Assembly: GCA_035624235.1 (NCBI GenBank)
Contig: DASPRX010000145.1
Coordinates: forward strand, 5,241 to 69,240
Source: Burkholderiales bacterium
GTDB lineage: Bacteria; Pseudomonadota; Gammaproteobacteria; Burkholderiales; SG8-39
Length of the DNA stretch: 64,000 nt
Reading direction: 5' to 3'
The number at the start of each line of letters is the position of its first letter. The stretch's first letter is position 1. The notes under the pieces are model-generated. The model saw only the letters and a list, made by a program, of their open reading frames with translations, had not been told where the DNA came from and did not search any database. Position numbers and translations under genes: made by a program. Of the stretch, positions 37,576 to 47,704 are shown one piece after another.

Positions 37576-39678
37576 TCATTTTACGCGCATGCCCGGCTGT
37601 GCCCCGGCATCTGCGGCAACGAGGAAGATGCCCGGCCCCTCGCCGGAGGCCGCAAGCACCATGCCCTGCGACACGCCGAAGCGCATCTTGCGCGGCGCTA
37701 GGTTTGCCACCATCACCGTATAGCGTCCTTTGAGCGCATCGGGCGCGTACGCCGCCTTGATACCGGCGAAAACCGTGCGCGTCTCGCTGCCGATATCGAG
37801 CGTCAGTTTCACCAGCTTGTCTGCGCCTTCCACCTGCTCGGCCTCAACGATGCGCGCGACGCGCAGGTCGACCTTGCTGAAGTCGTCCATCGAGATGGTT
37901 TCCTTCATCGCTGCCTCCGTGGCCGCGTGCTGCTGGTGTTGGGCGTGACGTTGTTGTGATTGCTGCGCGGGGGAAGGCTGAATGCTCTCCCGATTGGCGT
38001 TGACGAGGGTAGCCGTCTGTTTGGTGTCAATGCGGGTGATCAGGTGCTTGTATGGCTTAATTCTCTCGATCGACCTATCGAGGTCTGCCCACACGAATGG
38101 ATACTCAAGTCCCAGGAGCTCCGCCGCGCGCTCTGCGGTACTCGGAAGAACGGGCGCGAGATAGTAGGTCAATATTCGGAACGCGTTAACGCAATCCGAA
38201 CAGAGCGCGTGCAACTCTTGTTTCCTGGATGCGTCCTTCACCATGTCCCAGGGCTTGTCCTGATCGATTTGCTGATTGATCAGGTCCGTCGCATGCATGA
38301 TCTCGCGCATCGCACGGCCGTACTCGCGGTTCTCGTAGGCCTGACAAACTGTCTCTTCCGCGGCGTACGCGAGCATCGAGTACTTGCGAGTTCTTACCAG
38401 CGCCTTCGGATCCTCGTCTAAGACCTTGCCGTCGAAGTGCTTGCTTAGGATCGCGCCGTATCGACTAATGATGTTTACGTACTTGCCGACCAGGTCGCTA
38501 TTCACGCGCGCGACGAAATCCTCGAGGCTTAGGTCGATGTCCTCCATCGTCGGCCCCAGCTTGGCGGCGTAGTAGTAGCGCAACCACTCTGGATTGAGCT
38601 CGAGCTTCAGGTAGCTCTCGGCGGTGATGAACGTGCCGCGGCTCTTGGACATCTTCTCGCCGTTCACGGTGAGGAAGCCGTGCGCGAAGATCTTCGAAGG
38701 CGTGCGGTAGTCGGCATGTTCGAGCATGGCGGGCCAGAACAGCGCGTGGAAATAGAGGATGTCCTTGCCGATAAAGTGCACCATCTCCGTGTCGCCACCC
38801 GGGCGAAGGAAGTCATCCTGCGCGAGCGGCGCGCCTTCGGCGCGGCGGCGCGCAGCGTAGTGCGCGAAGCTCGCGAAGTAGCCCACCGGGGCGTCGAGCC
38901 AGACGTAGAAGAATTTCTTGCCTCCCGTGCCCGGAATGGGGAATCCGAAGTAGGGCGGATCGCGCGAGATGTCCCAATCGGCGAGTCGCTGCTCGCCCGG
39001 CTCGCCAAGCCATTCCTTCATCTTGTTGGCAGCCTCGTGCTGAAGCCGTTCCTCGCCCTGCGTAAAGCGGCGCAGGTACTGCTCGCAGCGCGCATCCGAC
39101 AGCCGGAAGAAGTGGTGTTCCGAGGCGCGGCGCTCGGGTGTCGCGCCCGAGACCACTGAATAGGGATTCTTCAGCTCGGTTGGCGCGTAGGTCGAACCGC
39201 ATACTTCGCAGGAATCGCCGTACTGGTCGCGCGCCCCGCATTTCGGGCACTCACCCTTGATGTAACGGTCCGGCAAAAACATTTCCTTCACCGGATCGTA
39301 GAACTGCTCCACCGAGCGGATGGCGATCAGCTCCTGGGCCTTGAGTCGGGCGTAGATGTCCTCGCAGAACGCGCGGTTCTCGGGCGAGTCAGTGCTGTAG
39401 TAATTGTCGAAGCCGATGTGGAAGCCGTCGAAGTCTCGCTTGTGCTCGTGCCACACGCGTTCGATGAGTTCGCGCGGCGAGATACCCTCGGCTTCCGCGC
39501 GCAACATGATCGGGGTCCCGTGCGTGTCGTCGGCGCATACGTAGTGCACCTCGTGGCCGCGCATTTTCTGGAACCGCACCCAGATATCGGTCTGGATGTA
39601 CTCGACCAGGTGGCCGAGGTGAATTGCACCGTTGGCGTACGGCAGGGCTGAAGTGACGAGGATCCTGCGACGGGGCAT
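37576..39678 (-). CDS. metG: Methionine--tRNA ligase
   Basis: 700 aa from [24 protein letters not shown] (HIGH motif). Also a Zn knuckle ([18 protein letters not shown]), KMSKS, and a C-terminal tRNA-binding EMAP domain. Confidence 0.95.
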   Translation of the reverse strand: MPRRRILVTSALPYANGAIHLGHLVEYIQTDIWVRFQKMRGHEVHYVCADDTHGTPIMLRAEAEGISPRELIERVWHEHKRDFDGFHIGFDNYYSTDSPENRAFCEDIYARLKAQELIAIRSVEQFYDPVKEMFLPDRYIKGECPKCGARDQYGDSCEVCGSTYAPTELKNPYSVVSGATPERRASEHHFFRLSDARCEQYLRRFTQGEERLQHEAANKMKEWLGEPGEQRLADWDISRDPPYFGFPIPGTGGKKFFYVWLDAPVGYFASFAHYAARRRAEGAPLAQDDFLRPGGDTEMVHFIGKDILYFHALFWPAMLEHADYRTPSKIFAHGFLTVNGEKMSKSRGTFITAESYLKLELNPEWLRYYYAAKLGPTMEDIDLSLEDFVARVNSDLVGKYVNIISRYGAILSKHFDGKVLDEDPKALVRTRKYSMLAYAAEETVCQAYENREYGRAMREIMHATDLINQQIDQDKPWDMVKDASRKQELHALCSDCVNAFRILTYYLAPVLPSTAERAAELLGLEYPFVWADLDRSIERIKPYKHLITRIDTKQTATLVNANRESIQPSPAQQSQQRHAQHQQHAATEAAMKETISMDDFSKVDLRVARIVEAEQVEGADKLVKLTLDIGSETRTVFAGIKAAYAPDALKGRYTVMVANLAPRKMRFGVSQGMVLAASGEGPGIFLVAADAGAQPGMRVK

Positions 39679-39806
39679 CGACGGGCCTGAAACGGAGCGC
39701 ACGATTCTAGCAAAAGGAGCATGGTTACTGCGCCTTACGCGTGCCGAATTCGGTACACTTACCGACTTTTCTCCCCGCACACCGCGTGCGGGGCGAGGAT
39801 TCAGCC

Positions 39807-40892
39807 ATGGCGATAAGCGAAGCGCAAGTCCAATCGGTCCTGAAGCAACTCGTCGATCCGAACACGACGAAGGATTTCGTGTCCACCCGCTCGGTGAAGA
39901 GCGTCAAGATATCGGACGACGACGTGTCGCTTGACATCGAGTTGGGATATCCGGGCAAGAGCCAGTTCGAGCCCATCCGCAGGCAACTGGTACAGGCGCT
40001 CAAGCAGGCGGGAGCAGCGGGCGTCAAGGTGAACGTCACGTCGCGTGTGGTGCCGCACGCGGTGCAGCGCGGTGTCAAGCTCATTCCGGGGATCAAGAAC
40101 ATCATCGCTGTCGCCTCCGGCAAGGGTGGTGTCGGCAAGTCCACCACGGCGGTGAACCTGGCGCTGGCGCTTGCGACCGAAGGCGCCTCCGTGGGCATGC
40201 TCGATGCGGACATCTATGGGCCCTCGCAGCCAATGATGCTGGGCATCGCCGGGCGGCCAGAGTCGAAGGACGGCAAAAGCCTGGAGCCGATGGAGGGCCA
40301 CGGCATCCAGGCGATCTCGATCGGCTTCCTCATCGACGTGGATACGCCCATGGTGTGGCGCGGTCCAATGGTGACCCAGGCGCTTGAGCAGTTGCTCAAG
40401 GACACGCGCTGGCGCGAGCTCGACTACCTGGTCGTCGACCTGCCCCCGGGGACCGGCGACATCCAGCTGACCCTCGCCCAGAAGGTGCCGGTAACCGGGA
40501 CGGTGATCGTGACCACGCCGCAGGACATCGCCCTGATAGACGCGCGGAAAGGCCTCAAGATGTTCGAGAAGGTCGGCATTCCGATCCTTGGGGTGGTCGA
40601 GAACATGTCAACGCACATCTGCCCGCAGTGCGGCCATGAAAGCCACATCTTCGGCTCGGGCGGGGCGGAAAAGATGTGTCGCGACTACGGCACGGAGCTT
40701 CTCGGTCAGCTGCCGCTGGACGCGAGCATCCGCGAGCAGGCGGATTCGGGCCGCCCGACGGTCGTGGCGGACCCGGAGGGCAGGGTGGCCGAAATCTACC
40801 GACGCATTGCGCGCCGCTGCGCAGTCAAGATCTCCGAGTCGCAGAGGGACATGAGCGCCAAATTTCCGAATATCGTGGTGCAGAACACCTGA
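39807..40892 (+). CDS. apbC: Iron-sulfur cluster carrier ATPase ApbC/Mrp
   Basis: 361 aa from [12 protein letters not shown]. Deviant Walker [17 protein letters not shown] and a CPQCGH CxxC motif. Divergent from metG, as in many proteobacteria. Confidence 0.9.
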   Translation: MAISEAQVQSVLKQLVDPNTTKDFVSTRSVKSVKISDDDVSLDIELGYPGKSQFEPIRRQLVQALKQAGAAGVKVNVTSRVVPHAVQRGVKLIPGIKNIIAVASGKGGVGKSTTAVNLALALATEGASVGMLDADIYGPSQPMMLGIAGRPESKDGKSLEPMEGHGIQAISIGFLIDVDTPMVWRGPMVTQALEQLLKDTRWRELDYLVVDLPPGTGDIQLTLAQKVPVTGTVIVTTPQDIALIDARKGLKMFEKVGIPILGVVENMSTHICPQCGHESHIFGSGGAEKMCRDYGTELLGQLPLDASIREQADSGRPTVVADPEGRVAEIYRRIARRCAVKISESQRDMSAKFPNIVVQNT

Positions 40893-40902
40893 GCCTGAGC
40901 CC

Positions 40903-41469
40903 GTGACAATCAAATCGGACAAGTGGATCCGCCGCATGGCGCTCGCCGAGCGCATGATCGAGCCGTTCGAACCCGGCCAGGTGAAGGAGCTCGGCGGCCG
41001 CAAGATCGTGTCCTACGGCACCTCGAGCTACGGCTATGACATTCGCTGCTCCAGCGAATTCAAGATCTTCACCAACATCAACTCCACGATCGTTGACCCG
41101 AAGGCGTTCGATGAGAAGTCGTTCGTCGACTTTCGCGGCGACGTGTGCATCATTCCGCCCAACTCCTTTGCGCTCGCCCGCACCGTGGAGTATTTCCGCA
41201 TTCCGCGCAATGTGCTCACCGTGTGCTTGGGCAAGTCCACTTATGCGCGCTGCGGAATCATCGTTAACGTCACGCCTCTCGAGCCGGAATGGGAAGGGCA
41301 CGTGACGCTGGAGTTTTCCAATACCACGCCTTTGCCGGCCAAGATCTACGCCAACGAGGGAGTGGCTCAGGTGATCTTCATCGAGTCCGACGAGATCTGC
41401 GAGACCTCCTACAGGGACCGCGGCGGGAAGTACCTCGGACAGCGAGGCGTGACGCTGCCGCGCATCTGA
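40903..41469 (+). CDS. dcd: dCTP deaminase
   Basis: 188 aa ([43 protein letters not shown]). GTG start. Confidence 0.92.
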   Translation: MTIKSDKWIRRMALAERMIEPFEPGQVKELGGRKIVSYGTSSYGYDIRCSSEFKIFTNINSTIVDPKAFDEKSFVDFRGDVCIIPPNSFALARTVEYFRIPRNVLTVCLGKSTYARCGIIVNVTPLEPEWEGHVTLEFSNTTPLPAKIYANEGVAQVIFIESDEICETSYRDRGGKYLGQRGVTLPRI

Positions 41470-41512
41470 GCCGCGCGCGGGCCGCCGCGCGTAAAAAATC
41501 GTCCCTAAGCCC

Positions 41513-41540
41513 TTGACTCCGCGGGGGTCGACCCTATAAT
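41513..41540 (+). promoter_or_regulatory. Near-consensus sigma70-type promoter (TTGACT - 16 nt - TATAAT)
   Basis: Read directly: TTGACT at 41513-41518 and TATAAT at 41535-41540. It lies 48 nt upstream of the uORF ATG. Confidence 0.6.
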
Positions 41541-41587
41541 CGCCCCAAGTTTTCGGCCAACGTCTGACCGATCGGAAGGAGGTCATC

Positions 41588-41653
41588 ATGACAGGCAAAA
41601 GGAACTCGGTGCTGCATCTGGACGTTTCCCAGCAGGCGCTTCCCGAAACTTAG
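41588..41653 (+). CDS. Candidate 21-codon leader peptide (uORF) MTGKRNSVLHLDVSQQALPET
   Basis: ATG 41588 is preceded by GGAAGGAGG with a 5-nt spacer, the strongest SD I saw in the window. TAG stop at 41651-41653 lies 20 nt before the decarboxylase ATG, in a different frame. It is too short for the ORF track. Confidence 0.45.
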   Translation: MTGKRNSVLHLDVSQQALPET

Positions 41654-41673
41654 TGACATTGGGAGATACGTGA

Positions 41674-42876
41674 ATGGGCGCTCGCCCTAGCAGCATTGCT
41701 CGCAACAAGCAGACCGACCTTCCGCAAGAAGAACATCTTTTCGACAGCCATCCCGAAGTCAGCCTCGACTTCGAGATCGTGCGCCGGGCCGCGCGCGAAA
41801 GGTACACGCGGCCGTTCCTGATCCTCGATACCGGCATCGTGCGCGACAAGGCGCGCCGCTTCCGGGCGTCCATGCCGCGCGTCCGGCCCCACTACGCGGT
41901 GAAGGCGAATCCCGACCGGCGCGTGCTGAAGGTCCTGGCGCAGGAAGGCGTCGGGTTCGAGATCGCCTCGACCGACGAGCTCGATTTGCTGCTTTCCCTC
42001 GGCGTGAGCGCCGCAGAAGTGTTCTACTCGAACCCGGTGAAGCCGCGGGACGCCATCGCCTATACTGCGACCAAGGGCGTCGAGTGGTTCGTCGTCGATA
42101 GCGTCGATGAATCGAGGCGGGTGTTCGAGGTCAAGCCCGATGCCAAGCAGTATTTGCGCATCGCGACGCCGAACATCGGCAGCGATTGGCCCTTGTCGGG
42201 TAAATTCGGCGCGGGCGTCGCGGATACGCGCGAGATTATCGCCGCCGCGGCCAGGATGGGCGCAGATCTTGCCGGAGTCACCTTTCATGTCGGCTCGCAA
42301 TGCCGCAATCCGGCCAACTGGCGGGTTGGGATCGAGAAGGCGCGTGCGGCGTTCGACGCGATGCTCAAGGCCGGCCTCAAGCCGCGGCTGCTCGACATCG
42401 GTGGCGGCTTTCCGGTCAGGCACGTGAAGCCTATCCCGTCGATTGAAGTCATCGGCGAGGTGGTGAACGAGGGGCTCAAGGCGTTTCCGGAGGAAGTCAG
42501 GGTGATCGCGGAGCCGGGCCGCTACATGGTCTCGGACGCGGGCTACTTTGTTTGCCGCGTGCTTGGCACGGCGATGCGCGCCGGCAAGCGCTGGATGCAC
42601 TGGGACGCAGGGATGTTCGGCGGGGTGATCGAGACGACCGAGGGCCTCAAGTACCGCATCCGTACCGATCGCTCGGGTCATGACATTCCGTGGAACGTCG
42701 GCGGGCCGACTTGCGATTCGGTCGATGTCGTGCTGCGCGACGAGCCGCTACCGTCCGACCTGCAGGAAGGCGACTTCATCTATTTGCATAATGCGGGCGC
42801 GTACACGACGGCGTACGCGAGCCGATTCAACGGCTTTCCCCTTCCAGAAGTGAGAATTTTAGAAAGTAAGCGCTAA
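41674..42876 (+). CDS. Fold-type III PLP-dependent decarboxylase (eukaryote-type ornithine/lysine decarboxylase family)
   Basis: 400 aa with PHYAVKANP (PLP lysine), HVGSQC, DIGGGFP, EPGRY and GGPTCDSVD motifs typical of the Orn/DAP/Arg decarboxylase family 2. Confidence 0.85.
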   Translation: MGARPSSIARNKQTDLPQEEHLFDSHPEVSLDFEIVRRAARERYTRPFLILDTGIVRDKARRFRASMPRVRPHYAVKANPDRRVLKVLAQEGVGFEIASTDELDLLLSLGVSAAEVFYSNPVKPRDAIAYTATKGVEWFVVDSVDESRRVFEVKPDAKQYLRIATPNIGSDWPLSGKFGAGVADTREIIAAAARMGADLAGVTFHVGSQCRNPANWRVGIEKARAAFDAMLKAGLKPRLLDIGGGFPVRHVKPIPSIEVIGEVVNEGLKAFPEEVRVIAEPGRYMVSDAGYFVCRVLGTAMRAGKRWMHWDAGMFGGVIETTEGLKYRIRTDRSGHDIPWNVGGPTCDSVDVVLRDEPLPSDLQEGDFIYLHNAGAYTTAYASRFNGFPLPEVRILESKR

Positions 42877-43388
42877 CAAGCTCGTTCGTAGCGGACGAAG
42901 TCGAACCGCAGCCCGCCCGCTGCCGTATGCGGGCGGCGCTCGACCTCCCGCCAGTCGTGGCGGTCGAACTCCGGAAAGTGCGCGTCACCCTCGAAGGCGC
43001 GCTGGATCTCAGTGAGCACAAGTACGTCGGCGCACGCCAGCGCCTCGGTGTAAAGCTCGCCGCCTCCGATCACGAACGCGTCAGGCGCGTCGGCGCACAA
43101 CGCGAGGGCGGCGACGAGCGAGGATGCAATGCTGGCGCCCGGAGCCTCATAATTACGGTTGCGGGTCACCACGATGTTCTCTCGCTCCGGGAGCGCCTTG
43201 CCAAGGGACTCCCAAGTGCGTCGCCCCATAATGACCGGATGCCCGGAGGTCAATGCCTTGAAATTCCTTAGATCTTCCGGCAGGTGCCACGGTAGCTTCC
43301 CAGCCGCTCCAATGACGCCGTTGCTCGCCACGGCGGCGACCAGGTAGAGCCGCGTGAGGACTGGGGCATCATTTCGGGTTCGTGACAT
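42873..43388 (-). CDS. folA: Dihydrofolate reductase
   Basis: 171 aa from MSRTRND, with VAAVASNGVIGAAGKLPWHLPEDLRNFKALTSGHPVIMGRRTWES. The rest of the 667-aa track ORF is antisense to the kinase gene and rejected. Confidence 0.9.
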   Translation of the reverse strand: MSRTRNDAPVLTRLYLVAAVASNGVIGAAGKLPWHLPEDLRNFKALTSGHPVIMGRRTWESLGKALPERENIVVTRNRNYEAPGASIASSLVAALALCADAPDAFVIGGGELYTEALACADVLVLTEIQRAFEGDAHFPEFDRHDWREVERRPHTAAGGLRFDFVRYERAC

Positions 43389-43430
43389 CTGTCCTGTTCC
43401 TCGCAGAAGTTTGCATGAAATTATAGGCAT

Positions 43431-44909
43431 ATGAGTGCTAGTGGCCCTCCCGCAGGCACCGCGCTTCCTTACCCGCGCTCGTTTCTGGGGCTGCTGCTTG
43501 CCGGCTTCACGCTGGTGACCCTGCCACTCGTCGGTGCGCTCGCCTACTCGGCTTGGCACACGGAGCGCCTCGCCCAACAGAGCGGCAACGCCGTATTCAA
43601 TGCTGCGCGGGCCGCGCGCGCGAGCCGAGCGCTCGTGAATCGCATTGGATCCATCGAGCGCCTGGCACAACAGATTGCGCTCACCTCGGACAACGAGCTG
43701 ATGGATGACTTCACCAAGGTGCATGCGAGCTTCAAGCAGGTCGCAGGCGAGCTGGCGCGGCTGCCGCTGGACCGTGCGCAGGTCAGCGCGCTCAATCGGA
43801 CGGTCGAAGAGGAGCAGGCGTTGTATGACCAGCTGAGCGCCGACCCGCGGCCGGCGCTCGATCCACGCGTGGTGGCCGACAAGACCGGCCAACTCGCCGA
43901 AGATGCGTATCAGACGCTCGCCATCAGCTATCTGGTGGCAGACCGCGAGGTCGAGCGCCTCCGCGCCAACGCGGAAATGGTGCAGCAGCGGCTGATCCTT
44001 CTGGTGATCTTCAGCACAGCGCTGGCGCTTGCCACCGCGCTTGCGCTGACGCGCTTCATCGTGAGGCCCATTGCCCAGCTGGACGCATCGATTCGGCAGC
44101 TTGGCGGGGCGGACTTTGCGCGCCCGATCAAAGTGCACGGGCCGGCCGACCTGCAGTTCCTTGGCGAGCGGCTGGACTGGCTGCGCCGTCGGCTCACCGA
44201 GCTGGAAGCCGAGAAGAACCGTTTCCTGCGAAACCTGTCTCACGAGCTCAAGACTCCGCTTACAGCCCTTCGGGAGGGTGCCGAGCTGCTGAACGACGAG
44301 GTCGCCGGACCATTGGCACCGGCGCAACGACAGGTGGTCGCCATCATGCGCGACAACAGCCTGAAGCTGCAGCGCATGATCGAGGACCTGCTCGATTACC
44401 AGCGCGCGCTGCGCGCGGCGGCTTCGCTCGACGCAAAGCCTGTGGCGCTGCAAGAGCTGGTGCGCGAAGCCGCCCGCGCCCATCAGCTTGCCGCCCGCGC
44501 CAAGCGCCAGCGCTTGGCGCTTGAGCTTGAGCCGGTGATCCTGCTTGCGGACGCCGAAAAGTTGCGCTCCATCGTCGACAACCTGTTGGGCAATGCCGTG
44601 AAGTTCACGCCCGAGGACGGCACCATCTCCGTGCTTTCCCGTGCGCGCGACGGGGAGGTCACGATCGAAGTGATCGATTCGGGGCCCGGCGTGCCGTCTG
44701 AGGAGCGAGAATCGATCTTCGACAGCTTTTATCGCGGCCGCGCCCAAGCAAGCGGTCGCGTGGAGGGCAGCGGACTCGGACTCGCCATCGCGCGTGAGTA
44801 CGTCGAGGCGCACGGTGGGCGCATCGACGTGGTAGCCGGCGCACGCGGGGGTCACTTCCGGGTGACGCTCCCGCACAGGACGGCTGCGGCCATCGCGGAG
44901 GCGGCATGA
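43431..44909 (+). CDS. Sensor histidine kinase (2 TM, HAMP, HisKA, HATPase), GlrK/QseE-like by context
   Basis: 492 aa with H-box SHELKTPLTAL, an N box (NLLGNAVKFTP) and a G box (GSGLGLAIAREYVEAHGG). It is first in a kinase-lipoprotein-sigma54 RR trio. Confidence 0.8.
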   Translation: MSASGPPAGTALPYPRSFLGLLLAGFTLVTLPLVGALAYSAWHTERLAQQSGNAVFNAARAARASRALVNRIGSIERLAQQIALTSDNELMDDFTKVHASFKQVAGELARLPLDRAQVSALNRTVEEEQALYDQLSADPRPALDPRVVADKTGQLAEDAYQTLAISYLVADREVERLRANAEMVQQRLILLVIFSTALALATALALTRFIVRPIAQLDASIRQLGGADFARPIKVHGPADLQFLGERLDWLRRRLTELEAEKNRFLRNLSHELKTPLTALREGAELLNDEVAGPLAPAQRQVVAIMRDNSLKLQRMIEDLLDYQRALRAAASLDAKPVALQELVREAARAHQLAARAKRQRLALELEPVILLADAEKLRSIVDNLLGNAVKFTPEDGTISVLSRARDGEVTIEVIDSGPGVPSEERESIFDSFYRGRAQASGRVEGSGLGLAIAREYVEAHGGRIDVVAGARGGHFRVTLPHRTAAAIAEAA

Positions 44910-45403
44910 GGCGGCTCGCCGCAGCGCTCGCAGTAATGCTCGGCGGTTGTGCGCTCCTGTCGCCCCAGGCGCGCGAATCGACCGACGTGAGCCGCATTAC
45001 CTCCGAGACCGTGACAGCGTCGCGGGCAGCGGCCGACACCCAGCGACAGGCGCTCGAGCGCGCAAAGCGCGACTATCGACGCGAACCGAGCGACGCCAAC
45101 CGCCTGCGGCTCGCGGCCATGCTGGTGACCCTGCCGGACCCGCTGCGCGACGAAGCGCACGCGCTCACGCTGCTCAAGTCGCTGGCAACGCAGGACAGCA
45201 GGTCGCCCTACTGCAGCTTCGCGCTACTGCTCACCAGCGAGATCGCCGAGCGGCAGCGCCTTGCGCAGGAGAACGAGCGTCTCGCGCGCGAGGGTCAGAA
45301 GCGCGAAGAAGCGCTGCAGAAGCAACTCGATGCATTCAAGTCCATCGAACGCGGCATAATCCGGCGCGAGGAGGCCGCGCGCCAACCGGAGATGAAACCA
45401 TGA
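44906..45403 (+). CDS. Small lipoprotein (QseG/YfhG-like by position)
   Basis: 165 aa starting MRRLAAALAVMLGGC (lipobox), with a helical Gln/Arg/Glu-rich body. It overlaps the kinase stop and the regulator start (ATGA). Confidence 0.65.
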   Translation: MRRLAAALAVMLGGCALLSPQARESTDVSRITSETVTASRAAADTQRQALERAKRDYRREPSDANRLRLAAMLVTLPDPLRDEAHALTLLKSLATQDSRSPYCSFALLLTSEIAERQRLAQENERLAREGQKREEALQKQLDAFKSIERGIIRREEAARQPEMKP

Positions 45404-46758
45404 ATTCCGACGCCCCCAAAATCCTGCTGGTCGACGACGACAAGGACCTGCTGCAGCTGATCGTGATGCGTCTTTCCGCGGCGGGCTATACGGTGGCGAC
45501 CGCCGATTCCGGCGAGAGCGCGCTCGCCAGCCTCGCCGTCTCGCGGCCCCAGCTCGTGATCACCGACCTGCGCATGCACGGCATGGACGGGCTCGCGCTG
45601 TTCGACGCTATCCATCGCCACGCTCCCTCGCTGCCGGTCGTGATCCTGACCGCGCACGGCACCATCCCCGAGGCGGTGGCGGCGACCCGGCGCGGCGTGT
45701 TCAGCTTTCTGACCAAGCCGTTTGACAGCAAGCTGCTGCTCGATACCGTGTCGGACGCGTTGCGGCTCTCCAGCCCGCCCGCCGGCGGTCAGGGAGAGGA
45801 TTGGCGCGCGGGAATCATCACGCGCTCCCCCGCCATGGAGGACCTGCTCGCGCAGGCACGCCGGGTCGCCGCATCGGACGCGAGCGTGTGCATCTACGGC
45901 CAGAGCGGCACCGGAAAGGAACTGCTAGCGCGCGCGATTCACCGTTCGAGCCGGCGTACCGGCGCTCCCTTCGTCGCTGTGAACTGCAGCGCAATTCCCG
46001 AGGGGCTGCTCGAGTCCGAGCTGTTCGGTCACAGAAAGGGATCGTTCACCGGCGCCACGCAGGACCGTCGCGGCCTGTTTCAGGCCGCGCAGGGCGGTAC
46101 GCTCTTCCTAGACGAGGTCGGCGACATGCCCCTCGCGATCCAGGTCAAGCTGCTGCGTGCGCTCGAGGAGCGCGTCGTGCGGCCGGTCGGCTCGAACGAG
46201 GCAGTAGCGGTCGACGTGCGCATCATCTCCGCCACGCATCGCCGGCTTGAGGAGCGCATCGCCGCCGGCGAATTCCGCGAAGATCTCTTTTACCGCCTGA
46301 ATGTCGTCAAGCTCTCCCTGCCGGCCCTCGCCGAACGTCGCGAAGACATCCCGCTGCTCGCCAACCACTTCCTCGAGCGCATGGCCGAGCGTTACGGGCG
46401 CCCGCGGCTCGCCTTTTCGCCCGAGGCCATGCAGCGTCTGGTGTCCGCGTCCTGGCCCGGCAACGTGCGTCAGCTGCTGAACGTGGTGGAGCAGTCGGTG
46501 GCGCTGTCGGCCACGGAAGTGGTGCCGGCGTCGCTGGTCAACCAGGCGCTCGACGCGCGCGACTCGAGCCTCACGCCGCTCGATGAGGCGCGCCGCGCCT
46601 TCGAGCGCGACTACCTGGTGCGAATCCTGAAGATCACCAGCGGCAATGTCACGCAGGCTGCCAGGCTCGCCGGACGCAATCGCACGGAGTTCTACCGCTT
46701 GCTCGAGCGCCATGCGCTCGAACCGGGCATGTTCAAGGGCGCGGCACAGCTGCACTGA
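45400..46758 (+). CDS. Sigma-54-dependent response regulator (NtrC family, GlrR/QseF-like by context)
   Basis: 452 aa from MNSDAPKILLVDDD. REC domain (ITDLRMHGMDG, TKP). AAA+ domain (GQSGTGKELLARAIH, ESELFGHRKGSFTGA). Fis-type HTH (GNVTQAARLAGRNRTEFYRLL). Confidence 0.88.
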   Translation: MNSDAPKILLVDDDKDLLQLIVMRLSAAGYTVATADSGESALASLAVSRPQLVITDLRMHGMDGLALFDAIHRHAPSLPVVILTAHGTIPEAVAATRRGVFSFLTKPFDSKLLLDTVSDALRLSSPPAGGQGEDWRAGIITRSPAMEDLLAQARRVAASDASVCIYGQSGTGKELLARAIHRSSRRTGAPFVAVNCSAIPEGLLESELFGHRKGSFTGATQDRRGLFQAAQGGTLFLDEVGDMPLAIQVKLLRALEERVVRPVGSNEAVAVDVRIISATHRRLEERIAAGEFREDLFYRLNVVKLSLPALAERREDIPLLANHFLERMAERYGRPRLAFSPEAMQRLVSASWPGNVRQLLNVVEQSVALSATEVVPASLVNQALDARDSSLTPLDEARRAFERDYLVRILKITSGNVTQAARLAGRNRTEFYRLLERHALEPGMFKGAAQLH

Positions 46759-46815
46759 GGCACGGGGCGCGCCTGTAAGCCGGATGCGACCTCGGCCGAC
46801 AGACGGCTGGGGTCT

Positions 46816-47604
46816 ATGAGATCAAACCTCACTACCCGCTCGCTGGCGGTGTTGGCTGCCTGCGCGCTGGCCGCGCCCGCAATGGCCTGGCAGTGCGCCG
46901 CCCAGTCGCAGAGCGGTACCACCGCGCTGGTCGAGTTGTACACGTCGGAGGGCTGCAGCAGCTGCCCTCCGGCCGACCGATGGCTATCGGCGCTCGGCAA
47001 GACGGGTCCGACAGGCTCGGTCGTGCCGCTCGCGCTGCACGTGGACTACTGGGATTATCTCGGCTGGAGGGACCCGTTCGCCAAGCACGGTTTCTCGTTG
47101 CGCCAGCGCGAGCTCGCCACGCTTCGGCGCGCCGCCTTCGTTTACACGCCGCAGGTCCTGTTGCAGGGGGAGGATTTCCGGGGCTGGGATTCCGAGGCGT
47201 TTGACAAGCAGCTAGCTCGCATCAACGCTCAGCCTGCACTGGCCGCGATCCGGCTGTCGCTTACGCGAACACGCCGGAACGATCTTTCGGTCGAGGCGCG
47301 AGCGAAGCTGACCGGCGCACGCGACTCCTCTGGCGTCGCGCTCTACCTGGCCTCGTACGCCAACCGGCTCGTCTCGCGGGTGCAAAGGGGCGAGAACGAG
47401 GGCCGGAGCCTGACCCACGACTTCGTCGTGGTCGACCTTGCGGGGCCGTTGGATTTCGGGCCCGAAGGCCGCGTGTCGGCGAAGCGCGATCTGGCGCTGC
47501 TGGCCGGGACCTCGGCATCGCACGCAGGCGTCGCCGCCTTCGTCCAGGACCGCCGCAGCGCAAAGATCCTGCAGGCCCTCATGCTGCCGGTCTGTCCGGG
47601 TTAG
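46816..47604 (+). CDS. DUF1223-family secreted thioredoxin-like protein
   Basis: 262 aa with a signal peptide, then VELYTSEGCSSCPPADRWL and HVDYWDYLGWRDPF, the hallmarks of DUF1223. Confidence 0.8.
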   Translation: MRSNLTTRSLAVLAACALAAPAMAWQCAAQSQSGTTALVELYTSEGCSSCPPADRWLSALGKTGPTGSVVPLALHVDYWDYLGWRDPFAKHGFSLRQRELATLRRAAFVYTPQVLLQGEDFRGWDSEAFDKQLARINAQPALAAIRLSLTRTRRNDLSVEARAKLTGARDSSGVALYLASYANRLVSRVQRGENEGRSLTHDFVVVDLAGPLDFGPEGRVSAKRDLALLAGTSASHAGVAAFVQDRRSAKILQALMLPVCPG

Positions 47605-47704
47605 GGCGCCACCCCGGGGGGGCAATCCCTCTCAAATCCCCCCCTAGTCGGGTATATTCCCGGGCTACGCCTGCGGTAGCAAGAAAAAAGAGGGAGGAAC
47701 GGTC

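Noticed and set aside
41474-41498. 7-bp GC stem (CGCGCGG-gccg-CCGCGCG) right after the dcd stop, a possible intrinsic terminator.
   Set aside because: It is followed by TAAAAAAT (an A-run, not a T-run) on the dcd strand, so it is not a canonical Rho-independent terminator. It might still pause or stabilise RNA.
46759-46772. GG-N10-GC spacing (GGCACGGGGCGCGC) just after the sigma54-dependent regulator gene, upstream of the DUF1223 gene. It could be a sigma54 promoter.
   Set aside because: It lacks the TGGCAC/TTGCW flanking consensus. GG-N10-GC occurs by chance very often in DNA this GC-rich.
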